A stretch of 64,000 nt of DNA from Oligoflexales bacterium (lineage in GTDB: Bacteria; Myxococcota_A; UBA9042; DTJE01): contig DUVQ01000103.1 of NCBI GenBank assembly GCA_012840965.1, forward strand, positions 291-64,290, in the 5' to 3' direction. Position numbers and translations under genes: made by a program. Numbering within the stretch: the stretch's first letter is position 1; each line of letters starts with the position of its first letter. The notes under the pieces are model-generated. The model did no database searches. It was not told the origin of the DNA and saw only the letters and a list, made by a program, of their open reading frames with translations. This document shows, in pieces, positions 8,655 to 19,999 of this stretch.

Positions 8655-9665
8655 GTGAATGGTAGCGACAAATTGTTGGGAGTGGTTTTAAACGACGATT
8701 TTAGGGTCGTCCGCCAAATTGGCTTTGGTGGCTATGCAAAAGTGTACGCAGCCGAGCAGTTGTCGGTAGGAAGGCGCATTGTTGCAATCAAGGTGCTGCA
8801 CGCTATGCACGGCGACATCTCGGCTGCCGTTGGCGGACTGAAACGGGAGGCCGCCTACCTGGCTTTACTTAGAAGCTACTGCTTTCCCAGGATATTTAGG
8901 ACTGGAGCTACGCCAGAAGGTCTGCCGTACTTTGTGATGGAACTGGTTTCAGGTCGAGCCCTGGATGTGGCCATCAAAGAATCTGGCCCCTTATCCCTTG
9001 AGGACGCTGCCCCTGTCCTGGACTCTTTGATGGAGGGTATCGCTGAGATGCACTCCAAGGAAATCATTCATAGGGACATAAAGGCTGGCAACGTTATCCT
9101 TGAAGAAGACGCTGGTTTTGGTGCCAGGGTCAAGATGCTTGACCTTGGAAGTGCAAAATCTGCACATGAAGCGGACCAGCCAATTGCCGCAGCCAACCAG
9201 TTGTCGATTGGTAGCCCACCATATCTGGCTCCAGAAACGGCTATTGCTGGAACTACTAGCGAATTTTCAGACATTTATAGCCTTGGGGCGCTTGCCTACG
9301 AGACTCTTTGTGGAATTCGCGCCCTCCACCTTAAGGAAACAAACCCTGAATCCTATTACGATTATTTAAGGTCTGACAAGGCGATTCCCACCTATCGAGT
9401 TGGCACCATCCAGCCCAATATTCCAGAGGCAGTCGAGGAGGTCATTCATAGGGCTTTGGCCAGAAAGCCTCAGGATCGTTGGTCCTCAGTTGCTGAGTTT
9501 CGCAGTGCGTTTTTTCATGCGGTGCAACCGTGCATTGGCCTTGGCGCCGACAAGCTTCTGCTAAGAGCGGCTGGAGTTCATGGAAATCACAATGAGCGCT
9601 GCTCAAGATCCAAAAATAGTGGCGGTCTTAAGGCTATTCTCCCCTTGCGCTTCCGCAAACGGTGA
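8655..9665 (+). CDS. Hanks-type Ser/Thr protein kinase (soluble catalytic domain only)
   Basis: GFGGYAKVY, VAIK, HRDIKAGN, DLG (DFG variant), GSPPYLAPE, SDIYSLG. No TM segment seen. Confidence 0.9.
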   Translation: MNGSDKLLGVVLNDDFRVVRQIGFGGYAKVYAAEQLSVGRRIVAIKVLHAMHGDISAAVGGLKREAAYLALLRSYCFPRIFRTGATPEGLPYFVMELVSGRALDVAIKESGPLSLEDAAPVLDSLMEGIAEMHSKEIIHRDIKAGNVILEEDAGFGARVKMLDLGSAKSAHEADQPIAAANQLSIGSPPYLAPETAIAGTTSEFSDIYSLGALAYETLCGIRALHLKETNPESYYDYLRSDKAIPTYRVGTIQPNIPEAVEEVIHRALARKPQDRWSSVAEFRSAFFHAVQPCIGLGADKLLLRAAGVHGNHNERCSRSKNSGGLKAILPLRFRKR

Positions 9666-9766
9666 TTAAATTTCATTCGTCAGGGGCGACAAGGCTGGTC
9701 GCTTTCGTGGCATGTTTAACCCATAAAGTCTGGTGAAATCGGACGGTTTTTGAAAAGGAGTATGAA

Positions 9767-10060
9767 ATGAAGCTCAGGCCATTGCATGATCGTATCGTCG
9801 TTAAGCGAGCTGAATCGGAAGAATTAACAGCTGGTGGACTATACATTCCAGAAACTGCAAAGGAAAAGCCTCAGCAAGCGGTTGTTGTGGCCGCCGGTCC
9901 TGGAAGGGCTCTCGATAATGGTCAGATTCGCCCCCCAAGTGTAAAGGTTGGGGACCGTGTTTTGTTCAGCATGCACGCTGGACGTGAAGTCAAAGTTGAT
10001 GGCGAAACCTATCTAATTATGTATGAAGACGATGTGTTGGCAGTCCTTGAGGACAGGTAG
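9767..10060 (+). CDS. groES: Co-chaperonin GroES
   Basis: MKLRPLHDRIVVKR, GGLYIPETAKEKP, VGDRVLF, EDDVLAV; AAGGAG RBS. Confidence 0.98.
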   Translation: MKLRPLHDRIVVKRAESEELTAGGLYIPETAKEKPQQAVVVAAGPGRALDNGQIRPPSVKVGDRVLFSMHAGREVKVDGETYLIMYEDDVLAVLEDR

Positions 10061-10083
10061 AACCAACCTAAAAGAAATTGTGA

Positions 10084-11748
<1,665 letters not shown>

Positions 11749-11765
11749 TTTAAAATCCAATGGTT

Positions 11766-11807
11766 ATCGCCAGCACCAGCGTCCAATAGGAGTCTGGTGT
11801 TGGCGAT
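11766..11807 (+). terminator. Stem-loop after groEL (possible terminator or mRNA stabiliser)
   Basis: ATCGCCAGCACCAG / CTGGTGTTGGCGAT, a 14-bp stem with one G-U pair. No clear U-tract. Confidence 0.55.
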
Positions 11808-11876
11808 GCCAATTGCATAACCCTGCAATTTAGAGTAGCATCGCCCCCGGTCGTTTTCGACTTAAGGAGATGATTA

Positions 11877-11978
11877 ATGGGCAGAAATTCCATCAGTAAG
11901 GTTCGTTCCAGACGGATTCGCCAAGCAAAGCACAAAGCAAGGCTGAAACGAAAAATCGAAGCTGCCAAGAAAAGTTAA
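11877..11978 (+). CDS. 33-aa highly basic small protein (MGRNSISKVRSRRIRQAKHKARLKRKIEAAKKS)
   Basis: AAGGAG RBS 7 nt before ATG 11877; TAA at 11976-11978, 5 nt before the HIT gene. Below the ORF-track length cutoff. Confidence 0.7.
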   Translation: MGRNSISKVRSRRIRQAKHKARLKRKIEAAKKS

Positions 11979-11983
11979 TCGTT

Positions 11984-12325
11984 ATGGACGATTGCATTTT
12001 TTGTAAGATAGCGTCTGGCGAAATCCCGGCGAAGGTTGTGTTCCAAGACGATCATGTCTTTGCGTTTCACGATATAAACCCTGTCGCTCCAGTTCACATC
12101 TTGGTTATCCCCAAGAAGCATCTGGCCTCGTTGAGTGAGGCTGACCCTGGTGACCAAGAACTTCTTGGGAGGGTGCTGGCAGGGGCCAAAAAGGCAGCCG
12201 AGATTGCTGGGGTCAGTAAGACTGGTTTTCGCACGGTAATCAATACTGGTAAGAGTGCTGGCCAATCAGTATTTCACCTTCATGCTCATGTCATCGGTGG
12301 CAAAGAGCAAGGCTGGCCGCCATAA
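11984..12325 (+). CDS. Histidine triad (HIT/Hint) nucleotide-binding protein
   Basis: DCIFCKI, AFHDINPVAPVHILVIPKKH, GQSVFHLHAHVIGG. Confidence 0.95.
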   Translation: MDDCIFCKIASGEIPAKVVFQDDHVFAFHDINPVAPVHILVIPKKHLASLSEADPGDQELLGRVLAGAKKAAEIAGVSKTGFRTVINTGKSAGQSVFHLHAHVIGGKEQGWPP

Positions 12326-12530
12326 CCCCCCTATTGGCTTCAGATAATCCTCGTATAAATCTGTGACTTTAGTCTAGGACTTGACTATTGCTCCTATCGT
12401 GACCAGTTTGGTGTGCAGTCGAGGATTCATGGTTGGAATCTCGGCTTCGCTGGCGCGGTCCTCCTTTGCCGTAAAAGGGGTACGGCGCCATCGAGAAAAT
12501 TAAAACTTAAAACTCGAAGGAGCCCGTTCA

Positions 12531-12971
12531 ATGAAAAACAAACGTCCTGCTTATCTTTCCGCAAAGTCACTATCTTCTGGCCAGCAAAAAAGCTTGGTCA
12601 AAAACGTGTCAGATGCCTCCTTTGATGCCGAGGTTTTAGGGTCTGACCTGCCAGTATTGGTGGACTTTTGGGCCCCTTGGTGCGGCCCATGCAAGATGGT
12701 TGGCCCAATCGTCGAGGAACTGGCCAAGGAATATGAAGGCCGCCTTAAGGTGGTTAAGATTAACACCCAGGATAATCCTGGCGTCCCTGGCCAAATGGGC
12801 GTGCGTTCCATTCCCACCCTGATTATCTTCAAGGGCTCAGAAGTCGCGGATCACCGGGTCGGAGCGGCTCCAAAAGAGAGTTTGCGCCAGATGATCGAAG
12901 GCGTTTTAAACCCCAAACCAAGCCTTTTTGGGCGTCTTTTTGGTGGCAAACAAAAAGCTGAAGAGGCCTAA
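12531..12971 (+). CDS. trxA: Thioredoxin with short N- and C-terminal extensions
   Basis: [26 protein letters not shown]. Confidence 0.93.
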   Translation: MKNKRPAYLSAKSLSSGQQKSLVKNVSDASFDAEVLGSDLPVLVDFWAPWCGPCKMVGPIVEELAKEYEGRLKVVKINTQDNPGVPGQMGVRSIPTLIIFKGSEVADHRVGAAPKESLRQMIEGVLNPKPSLFGRLFGGKQKAEEA

Positions 12972-13269
12972 TCGCTTATTTTGGCCCCTGCCGTTTCGCG
13001 ACCCGATTCCCCGCCAAATCAATTTTGTCATTGAATTCATTACGAATATCTGAGAATCATGATCTCCAAAAGTAGGTAAAAGTTTTTTGACCTCAAAAAA
13101 TCGATTTTGGTGCTGCTGCCAAGATTAGGCGGGGATTATTGGCTGAACTAATTCTGTGTGCCTCAGCCTTTCACTGTGTTAAACTGGAAGCCTTGTCGGT
13201 TATTGTAACGGCGTCCGGCGTTTTGTCCGGCTGCCATACCGCAACGAAAGAGACGGGAGGAAATCGATC

Positions 13270-16176
13270 ATGAGGAACTTGTCTTGCGTTGTTGGCATTT
13301 TGGGCTTGGCTTCCATGATTGTCGCTTGCGGCGGCTCTGGCTTACCCACGGACGACCTTCAATCCGGCACTGACTCCCCTGCGGACGACCTACAAACCGG
13401 CCGTGACACCCCCACTAGCGACCTCTACCCCGGCCGTGACTTCTCCACTATCGACTTTTACCCCGGTGGAGAAATATCAGAAATGAGCGTTGTTTTGAAT
13501 GTGGAAGACTTCTCACCGGATGGAATGCCTCGAAAGGATGAACCGGTAACATCCGGAGTGCCGATCCCCCAATCTGTCGGAATTTACAATAAGGACCATT
13601 TCGTTTTGACAGACAGTCTCGGGACTCCCTTACCGGCTCAATTCAAGGTCTTATCCAGATGGAACGGGCAGCCGAATGAAGAAACAAAACCTATCAAATG
13701 GCTGTTAGTGGATTTCCAGGCGAATGTGCAGCCTGGTGAAACAGCCCAATACACATTGACAACAGGTCAAAGGACATTGCCTGAAGTACAGATAGATATC
13801 ACTGATAATGAAAGCAATATTGTTGTTGATACAGGCAGCGCCATATTTGAGATTAATCGCAACTATTTCAACCTGTTTGACAGAGTCACAGTAAAAAACA
13901 ACAGTACGCTGCTAGTGGACCAGGCTGGAAAAGGCGGCATTACCCTCATCGATGGTAAAGGAAAAGAGTTTTCAACTCTGCTATCCGCCCCTGAAGACAT
14001 CACAATAGAAGAAAGCGGACCACTTCACAGCGTTATCAATATCCGTGGAGTATTCAAGGCCAAAGACGGCTCTTTTTTCGCGCCATCTATCAAGGATTAT
14101 GGTGATGATCCAAAATGGCCCAGATATAAACAGCCATATCCGAACTCCTTTTTTTACTATAACTGCAGAATGCATTTTTACGCCGGGAAATCGTATGTGA
14201 AGGTTTTTCTAACAATTGAAAATAATGGTTCTAATGGAAGAACAAACCCTGAACAGAATTACGCTCCCATACAAATGGTGACTTTTGACCGGATTGGGTT
14301 GAACCTGAATTTGCTTGAGCAGCCGTCAACGCGGTTTATCTCAAACGATTTGGATGTGCCGTTAACTAAAAATGACCATCTAACGATATTTCAAAATTGG
14401 AAAGAGAATTCGGACCCTTCCCGAAGCACTTTACTGGAACCGTCCTTCGTGAACGGCCCTTATTATGATGCCACTTTAAATGGTGAGGGGAAGCAGCACG
14501 GTCAACTGCATCCAGGGTGGATGAGAATAGCAGGTGAAAATGGTGGTGTCGGGCTCTATATGCGGCATTTTTGGCAAAATTATCCCAAAAAACTCGGCGG
14601 CACACCTGCCACAATGACGATCGATTTATGGCCGGCGGAGGGCTACTATCCGTACGCCAGAAGCGAGTCTTTCCCTGAACGCGAATGGGATGACTACCTG
14701 CGTAAGGCCGGGAAACATGCCGGGCTATATCTTTTTGATGCAGGGAGGCATAAGACCCATGAATTTATTCTTGATTTCGCAAAATCCGGGGATCAGGGCG
14801 CCTCTTCATCCATGTTATCCACACTTTCCTATCCCTTGATGGCTCTGGCGCCGGCCAATTGGTTTGTTGAAAGCGGTGCATTAGGGCTGATCGCGCCTAG
14901 CGGTCTTTCAAATGAGGCGGAGCCGGAAGTTAATGAAGCAATGCAGCGTTTTGATCAATTGCAGCTTGCTATGGTTGATGAAGAGGTAGCTCAGAATGGG
15001 TGGACAATCAATAATTTAAAGACCGCAATTGAACCTCATTGGAATTATCCACCTCAATGGAAGTATTTTGGATGGATGAATTTTGGGGATATGTTGTGGG
15101 AAGGACAAGTGCCGTCATCTTTACATTATGATTGGCCGTACAGCATGCTGTTACACTACGTCAGAACCGGAGAAAGAAAACTCTTTGATACTGCTGTAGA
15201 AATGGTGAAGCACCGGTATGACGTTGATCAGTATCATGGGGACAGGACAGATAAACAGGGAAATCATGTTTATATCAACGGCATGTCTTTTTATGAAATA
15301 GATGGACATGCGGACCCGAGTGTATGTATGAACAACCCATCCCGGATTTCCATGAACAGCCACACATGGAATGGAGGTTTGGTTTTATACTATCTTTTGA
15401 CTGGAGACCAAAAAGCGTGGGAAGCTGCTGTGGAAAACGGAATAGCGGCTTCTGCCCTGCTGGCGAAATTGTCCGAGACTCTTTCTTGTGCGGATGCCGA
15501 GCTGCGTCAAGAGACCTGGCCCATTTTGAATCTCGTTAACTTATATCGAGCAGATGGTAATCCTGAATATTTGCGCGTCGCCAAAAACATTGCGGTAAAT
15601 CGGGTCCTCTACAGAGAACAAGAAGTGGGTAAAAGAGGCAATTTCGGACGTCAAACATGCGATCTTCAAGCTGGAAAAAGCGAAGCAAGTGTTATGTTGG
15701 CCTATTCCATCGACCCTCTTATTCAGATACATCATGAAACTCAAGATCCTCAAATTGCCAGTTTGATTGTCCGAATGGCAGAATATACCAAAAATATGTT
15801 TCTTTTTGGCGGAGACACAAACGATGAAGGTCAATATAGACCATTGCAAAGTTTATTTATCTGGTACGAGGATCGACCCAATGAAGGGAAGGGCGAACCC
15901 GTGAAAAACTTGTTTTGGGCTGACTTGTTTTCATATGCCTTTAGAATAACAAAGGAATCTAAATATCTTGAATGGGCAAGGCAAGCATTCAGAGATGGAA
16001 TGTTTTACTACACTATGCTTGGGGGTACTTATGTTGACCCTTCCAGCCGTGCTCGCATCGGTTTTATTGATGGTGGATTTCCAAATAGTGAATCAAAAGT
16101 ACACGGTTGGATGGGAAGGACAAATCAAGTCTATTTAAATACCGAATATGAACTTTTGAAGGCCGCTTCAGAGTGA
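13270..16176 (+). CDS. Lipoprotein of the PcRGLX/YetA-like (RIFT-barrel, exo-rhamnogalacturonan lyase-like) family
   Basis: Lipobox MIVAC; EPVTSGVPIP..LPAQFKVLSRW..KWLLVDFQA; EESGPLHSV; C-terminal helical region with FGD..LHYDWPY..HYVRTG. Confidence 0.7.
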   Translation: MRNLSCVVGILGLASMIVACGGSGLPTDDLQSGTDSPADDLQTGRDTPTSDLYPGRDFSTIDFYPGGEISEMSVVLNVEDFSPDGMPRKDEPVTSGVPIPQSVGIYNKDHFVLTDSLGTPLPAQFKVLSRWNGQPNEETKPIKWLLVDFQANVQPGETAQYTLTTGQRTLPEVQIDITDNESNIVVDTGSAIFEINRNYFNLFDRVTVKNNSTLLVDQAGKGGITLIDGKGKEFSTLLSAPEDITIEESGPLHSVINIRGVFKAKDGSFFAPSIKDYGDDPKWPRYKQPYPNSFFYYNCRMHFYAGKSYVKVFLTIENNGSNGRTNPEQNYAPIQMVTFDRIGLNLNLLEQPSTRFISNDLDVPLTKNDHLTIFQNWKENSDPSRSTLLEPSFVNGPYYDATLNGEGKQHGQLHPGWMRIAGENGGVGLYMRHFWQNYPKKLGGTPATMTIDLWPAEGYYPYARSESFPEREWDDYLRKAGKHAGLYLFDAGRHKTHEFILDFAKSGDQGASSSMLSTLSYPLMALAPANWFVESGALGLIAPSGLSNEAEPEVNEAMQRFDQLQLAMVDEEVAQNGWTINNLKTAIEPHWNYPPQWKYFGWMNFGDMLWEGQVPSSLHYDWPYSMLLHYVRTGERKLFDTAVEMVKHRYDVDQYHGDRTDKQGNHVYINGMSFYEIDGHADPSVCMNNPSRISMNSHTWNGGLVLYYLLTGDQKAWEAAVENGIAASALLAKLSETLSCADAELRQETWPILNLVNLYRADGNPEYLRVAKNIAVNRVLYREQEVGKRGNFGRQTCDLQAGKSEASVMLAYSIDPLIQIHHETQDPQIASLIVRMAEYTKNMFLFGGDTNDEGQYRPLQSLFIWYEDRPNEGKGEPVKNLFWADLFSYAFRITKESKYLEWARQAFRDGMFYYTMLGGTYVDPSSRARIGFIDGGFPNSESKVHGWMGRTNQVYLNTEYELLKAASE
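13345..13476 (+). repeat. Four degenerate 33-nt (11-aa) tandem repeats after the lipobox
   Basis: PTDDLQSGTDS / PADDLQTGRDT / PTSDLYPGRDF / STIDFYPGGEI. Confidence 0.75.
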
Positions 16177-16230
16177 AAATTCTTGACCGTTACATGATCG
16201 CCAGCTGATACTTTTCGGCTGGAGGTTTAT

Positions 16231-17886
16231 GTGGCCGAAGAAAAAAAGAAGAATGCCTGGCAGATATTGGCCAGCGCCCTTCGCAGTCGTAAAACAGCGG
16301 TGATGTTAGCTTTTGGCTTTTCCGCTGGCCTTCCTTACACACTTTTGCTGGGAACGTTGAATGCTTGGCTGTCTGAGGCCAAAGTTGATTTGACCACCAT
16401 TGGAATCCTTTCCTGGATTGGCTTGGCATATGCGTTTAAATTTCTGTGGTCGCCGCTGTTGGATCACCTTCAATTGCCGCTGCTACGTCGCCTCGGAAGG
16501 CGTAGAAGCTGGTTGGTGGTGTGTCAAGCTGTGCTAGCCATCGCCTTTGTGGTTTTGGCCTCGATTGACCCTGCACTTGGAATTGGCTCTTTTGCCTTAG
16601 TCGCGGTGCTTGCCGCCTTTACATCTGCCACCCAGGATGTGGTAGTTGACGCTTGGCGCATTGATGTCGCGGATAAAACAGCCACTTTGGAACTGCTGTC
16701 CACCATTTATCAGTTTGGCTACAGGATTGCGGCATTGGTTGGAGGCGCCTTAGCCCTTGTTTTAGCAGCAAGAATCGGGTGGGCCAATGTTTACACCATC
16801 ATGGGCGGCTTGATGGCCCTGGTGATTTTGGTGACCATGGCCGCCCCTGATACTACCGCTCCTGTTGGTGACAAAGCCAAGGCCCTGGAATTGCAGCAGG
16901 TGCCCAGAAAATATCGAAATGTCGGGCTAGCTATCGTCGCGATATCTTGGACTTGGGCCATTTTCACAATTGGCTCCTTCATGGTCAGCTCGCTTTCTGT
17001 GTCTGGTGGTCAAAAGCCAGATGCTGGCAGCTTCATAAAATTTACCGCCCCGTGGATTGTGGTGGCAACCGTTTTGATTCCAGCAGTTGTAGCCGCCTGG
17101 ATGTTGAAACTTAAACGAAACGCTGGGGCCGGCCACAGATTCAGACCGCCAACCATGATTGATAAGGTAGCCGATCACACCTACTACGCCTTAATTTTGC
17201 CCCTTGCAGAATTGGTCGGACCTCTTCGATGGGGCTCATTGATCGTTTTAGGCCTGATACTTTCATATCGCCTGTGTGACTCAATATGGGGGCCCTTCGC
17301 CTTTCCTTTCTATCTTGAAGAGCTTCACTTCACCCACGACGAGGTTGCCTTTGCATCCAAAATCTTTGGGGTTTTAATGACCATTGGCGGCATCGCCCTC
17401 GGAGGTATCCTGTTTGTGTGGCTTGGGCGCATGCCAACGCTTATTTTAGGCGCCCTAGTTGCAGCGGCCAGTAATCTGCTTTATGCCGATCTTGCAAGCG
17501 GAGGCTACTGGATTGATATCTTTGCGCATTATACAGGCATAGAGTTTCTGGCGAACTATGTAGGGGTCCCAGCCAGGATGACGCGCCTTATGCTGGCAAT
17601 ATCAGGGGAAAACGTTGCTGGCGGCCTCGCGGGAGCTGCATTCATAGCTTATCTATCGACCATCGCCAGCAAGGAATACAGCGCAGTCCAATATGCACTT
17701 TTATCATCCCTGACCTTCTTGGTTGGCTCCCTAGGCCGCGGTGCCCTCGGCCAGGCAATTGAAGTCCACGGATACGCACCCGTGTTCAGATTCACCGCCG
17801 CGTTAGGCCTGATCGCGGTGGCGTTTTGCCTGATGGAGTGGGGCAGGAGCAGGAGGGCGGTGGCAGGGGCGGGGACAGGGCCTTAG
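16231..17886 (+). CDS. ampG: AmpG-family muropeptide MFS transporter
   Basis: GFSAGLP..L..TL.AWL, FKFLWSPLLD, GRRRSW, SATQDVVVDAWR, QYALLSSL. Confidence 0.92.
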   Translation: MAEEKKKNAWQILASALRSRKTAVMLAFGFSAGLPYTLLLGTLNAWLSEAKVDLTTIGILSWIGLAYAFKFLWSPLLDHLQLPLLRRLGRRRSWLVVCQAVLAIAFVVLASIDPALGIGSFALVAVLAAFTSATQDVVVDAWRIDVADKTATLELLSTIYQFGYRIAALVGGALALVLAARIGWANVYTIMGGLMALVILVTMAAPDTTAPVGDKAKALELQQVPRKYRNVGLAIVAISWTWAIFTIGSFMVSSLSVSGGQKPDAGSFIKFTAPWIVVATVLIPAVVAAWMLKLKRNAGAGHRFRPPTMIDKVADHTYYALILPLAELVGPLRWGSLIVLGLILSYRLCDSIWGPFAFPFYLEELHFTHDEVAFASKIFGVLMTIGGIALGGILFVWLGRMPTLILGALVAAASNLLYADLASGGYWIDIFAHYTGIEFLANYVGVPARMTRLMLAISGENVAGGLAGAAFIAYLSTIASKEYSAVQYALLSSLTFLVGSLGRGALGQAIEVHGYAPVFRFTAALGLIAVAFCLMEWGRSRRAVAGAGTGP

Positions 17887-18984
17887 CTTGCTGCTTGCAT
17901 TAGCAAATATGCGTGGATGAAGCCATCTAGGTCGCCGTTTAGCACTGCATCGGCGTTTCCGGTTTCATAGTCTGTTCGCAGATCTTTAACCATTCGATAC
18001 GGGTGCAACACGTAGCTTCTGATCTGGCTGCCAAAGTCGATTTCCTTCTTGGCCGCCTCGATCTTGTCTCGCTCAGACTCCTTCTTCTTACGCTCCAAAT
18101 CGTACAACCTAGCCTTAAGCATCTTCATCGCCATACTACGATTCTTTAGCTGCGACCGCTCATTTTGACACTGCACCACAATCCCAGTCGGCAGGTGAGT
18201 CAACCTGACCGCCGAATCCGTCTTATTTACATGCTGCCCACCAGCCCCACCAGCTCGATAGGTATCAACCCGCAAGTCTTCATCCTTAACTTCAATATCA
18301 ATCGTATCCTCAATGTCAGGCAGCACTGAAACCCCAGCAAAGGTCGTGTGGCGCCTTGCATTAGCATCAAAGGGCGAAATTCGCACCAACCTATGGACCC
18401 CACCCTCAGCCTTCAGATACCCATATGCCCAGTCGCCACTCACCTGAAACGCCACGCTCTTTAAACCAGCCTCTTCACCAGCCAACTCATCAAGCACGTC
18501 AACCTTGAACCCACGTCGCTCACACCACATCAGATACATCCGCAACAACATCTGGACCCAATCCTGGGATTCAGTACCACCCATCCCAGCGTGGATCTCC
18601 ACAATCGCGTCATTACGGTCATTTTCCCCAGACATCATCCTCGCAAACTCAAGGTCCGAGATTTCTTGCTCAATTCGCTCAACCGAAGCCGCCACCTCCG
18701 TCGCAAACTCCTCCTCGCCCTCCAACTCAGCCATCTCCAGAAGCTCAGCCGCCTCCTTAATCGCATTCAGCGGGGCATCAACCGCGTCGATATCCTTTTG
18801 CAGCCGCGTTTTTTCCCTACCAAGGCTTTGCGCCCGTTGGTGGTCGTTCCAAAAATCTGGTCCTGCACTTATGACGTCAATCTCGCCAATGCGGGCTAGT
18901 TTGGCTTCGCGGTCAAAGATACCTCCCGAGGACCTCGGCCCTCTCACGGAGGCTGGAAATACTGGCTTTCAACTCATCAAACAT
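17883..18984 (-). CDS. prfB: Peptide chain release factor 2 (programmed +1 frameshift, 366 aa)
   Basis: ATG 18984 MFDELK...GRYL then CTT TGA C; downstream frame has GGTESQDW, SPF (RISPFD), GAGGQHVNKTDSAVR, GSQIRSYV. Confidence 0.97.
18912..18927 (-). promoter_or_regulatory. prfB +1 frameshift signal
   Basis: GGGAGG-TAT-CTT-TGA-C on the minus strand: internal SD plus slippery CUU-U and UGA. Confidence 0.95.
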
Positions 18985-19038
18985 GCAATTTGGCCCTCAA
19001 AAAAACACGTCAGAGTTTGCCTTTATCCGCCCCACCTG

Positions 19039-19953
19039 TCAATTGGGGCGTTTTTGGGGTGAACCGGTGCGCCCACTCCTCACCGTTTCAAAAACCCCAC
19101 GCTTATAAGTCTCCAACAACCTATTTAGCAACCTCTGATCGTTTTGAATCCTAATCCAGAGCCATGTCACATTTGGGTCAGCATCCTGATCGCAACTTGA
19201 AGACTCCGCCGTCGACACATTGATAGCCGTAAACAGATAAATCCCCTTGGGAGTCTCGATGAGCCTAGACTGACCAGCCGGCACGTACACGGCTCCTTCC
19301 GGGACGCCTTCACCATTAAGTCCAACAGTTAAGGCATAGTGGTCACTGTTCCACTGGCACATATCATCAGCCTGAAAGGCCTCGGTATAAGTCCGCCTGA
19401 ACGAAGTATCCACTTTGAAAGGCACCTCAGGTGGAAGTTTGGCTGTTATCGTCCCCGTAAAGTACCAAAGTACAGAACCATCAGGGTCGTAGATACGTAT
19501 TTGCCTAGCATCCGGCGCAAGTGCTTCATTTCTATATGTTATTAGGCGTCCTCTGCTGAGGTCTGGCACTACGTCTGCAAGAAAAGTATCCATTCGAATT
19601 CTGATGGCTTGCCCAGTACTGTCGGCAAGCCACAAAGAAAACCCAGGATAAGGGTCTTGATCAGTCGTGATTTGTCGGACAGTTGCCAAAATATAGCCGC
19701 CGTTATCCGATCCTCCAGTGACAGATTCGACCTCAGTCCCGGCCGCGGTAGTAATAGACACCTGTAACCCTGGGTGGCCCCCAATTGGTAAGGCGCCTTT
19801 GGTGTACTTCGCCGCCGAGGCGCAACCCACCATCGACAAAACGGCAATGGCAAGAATTGCATGGGGCAATGAACCACATAACTTTTTGACCAAAAGGGCT
19901 GTATTTTCGCCTCTAAAGATGTTTTTAAATGTGTGCAACAATTGACACCTCAT
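19039..19953 (-). CDS. Hypothetical lipoprotein (true start probably downstream of 19953)
   Basis: 304-aa ORF filling the gap; hydrophobic stretch ending in lipobox LSMVGC. No recognised domain. Confidence 0.6.
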   Translation of the reverse strand: MRCQLLHTFKNIFRGENTALLVKKLCGSLPHAILAIAVLSMVGCASAAKYTKGALPIGGHPGLQVSITTAAGTEVESVTGGSDNGGYILATVRQITTDQDPYPGFSLWLADSTGQAIRIRMDTFLADVVPDLSRGRLITYRNEALAPDARQIRIYDPDGSVLWYFTGTITAKLPPEVPFKVDTSFRRTYTEAFQADDMCQWNSDHYALTVGLNGEGVPEGAVYVPAGQSRLIETPKGIYLFTAINVSTAESSSCDQDADPNVTWLWIRIQNDQRLLNRLLETYKRGVFETVRSGRTGSPQKRPN

Positions 19954-19999
19954 TATTCCAAGGATTAGTATAGCATCGGTCTTTTTATGCGAGTCTGAA

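Noticed and set aside
9666-9766. CIRCE or sigma32 element upstream of groES
   Set aside because: No TTAGCACTC-N9-GAGTGCTAA and no convincing CTTGAA/CCCCAT pair.
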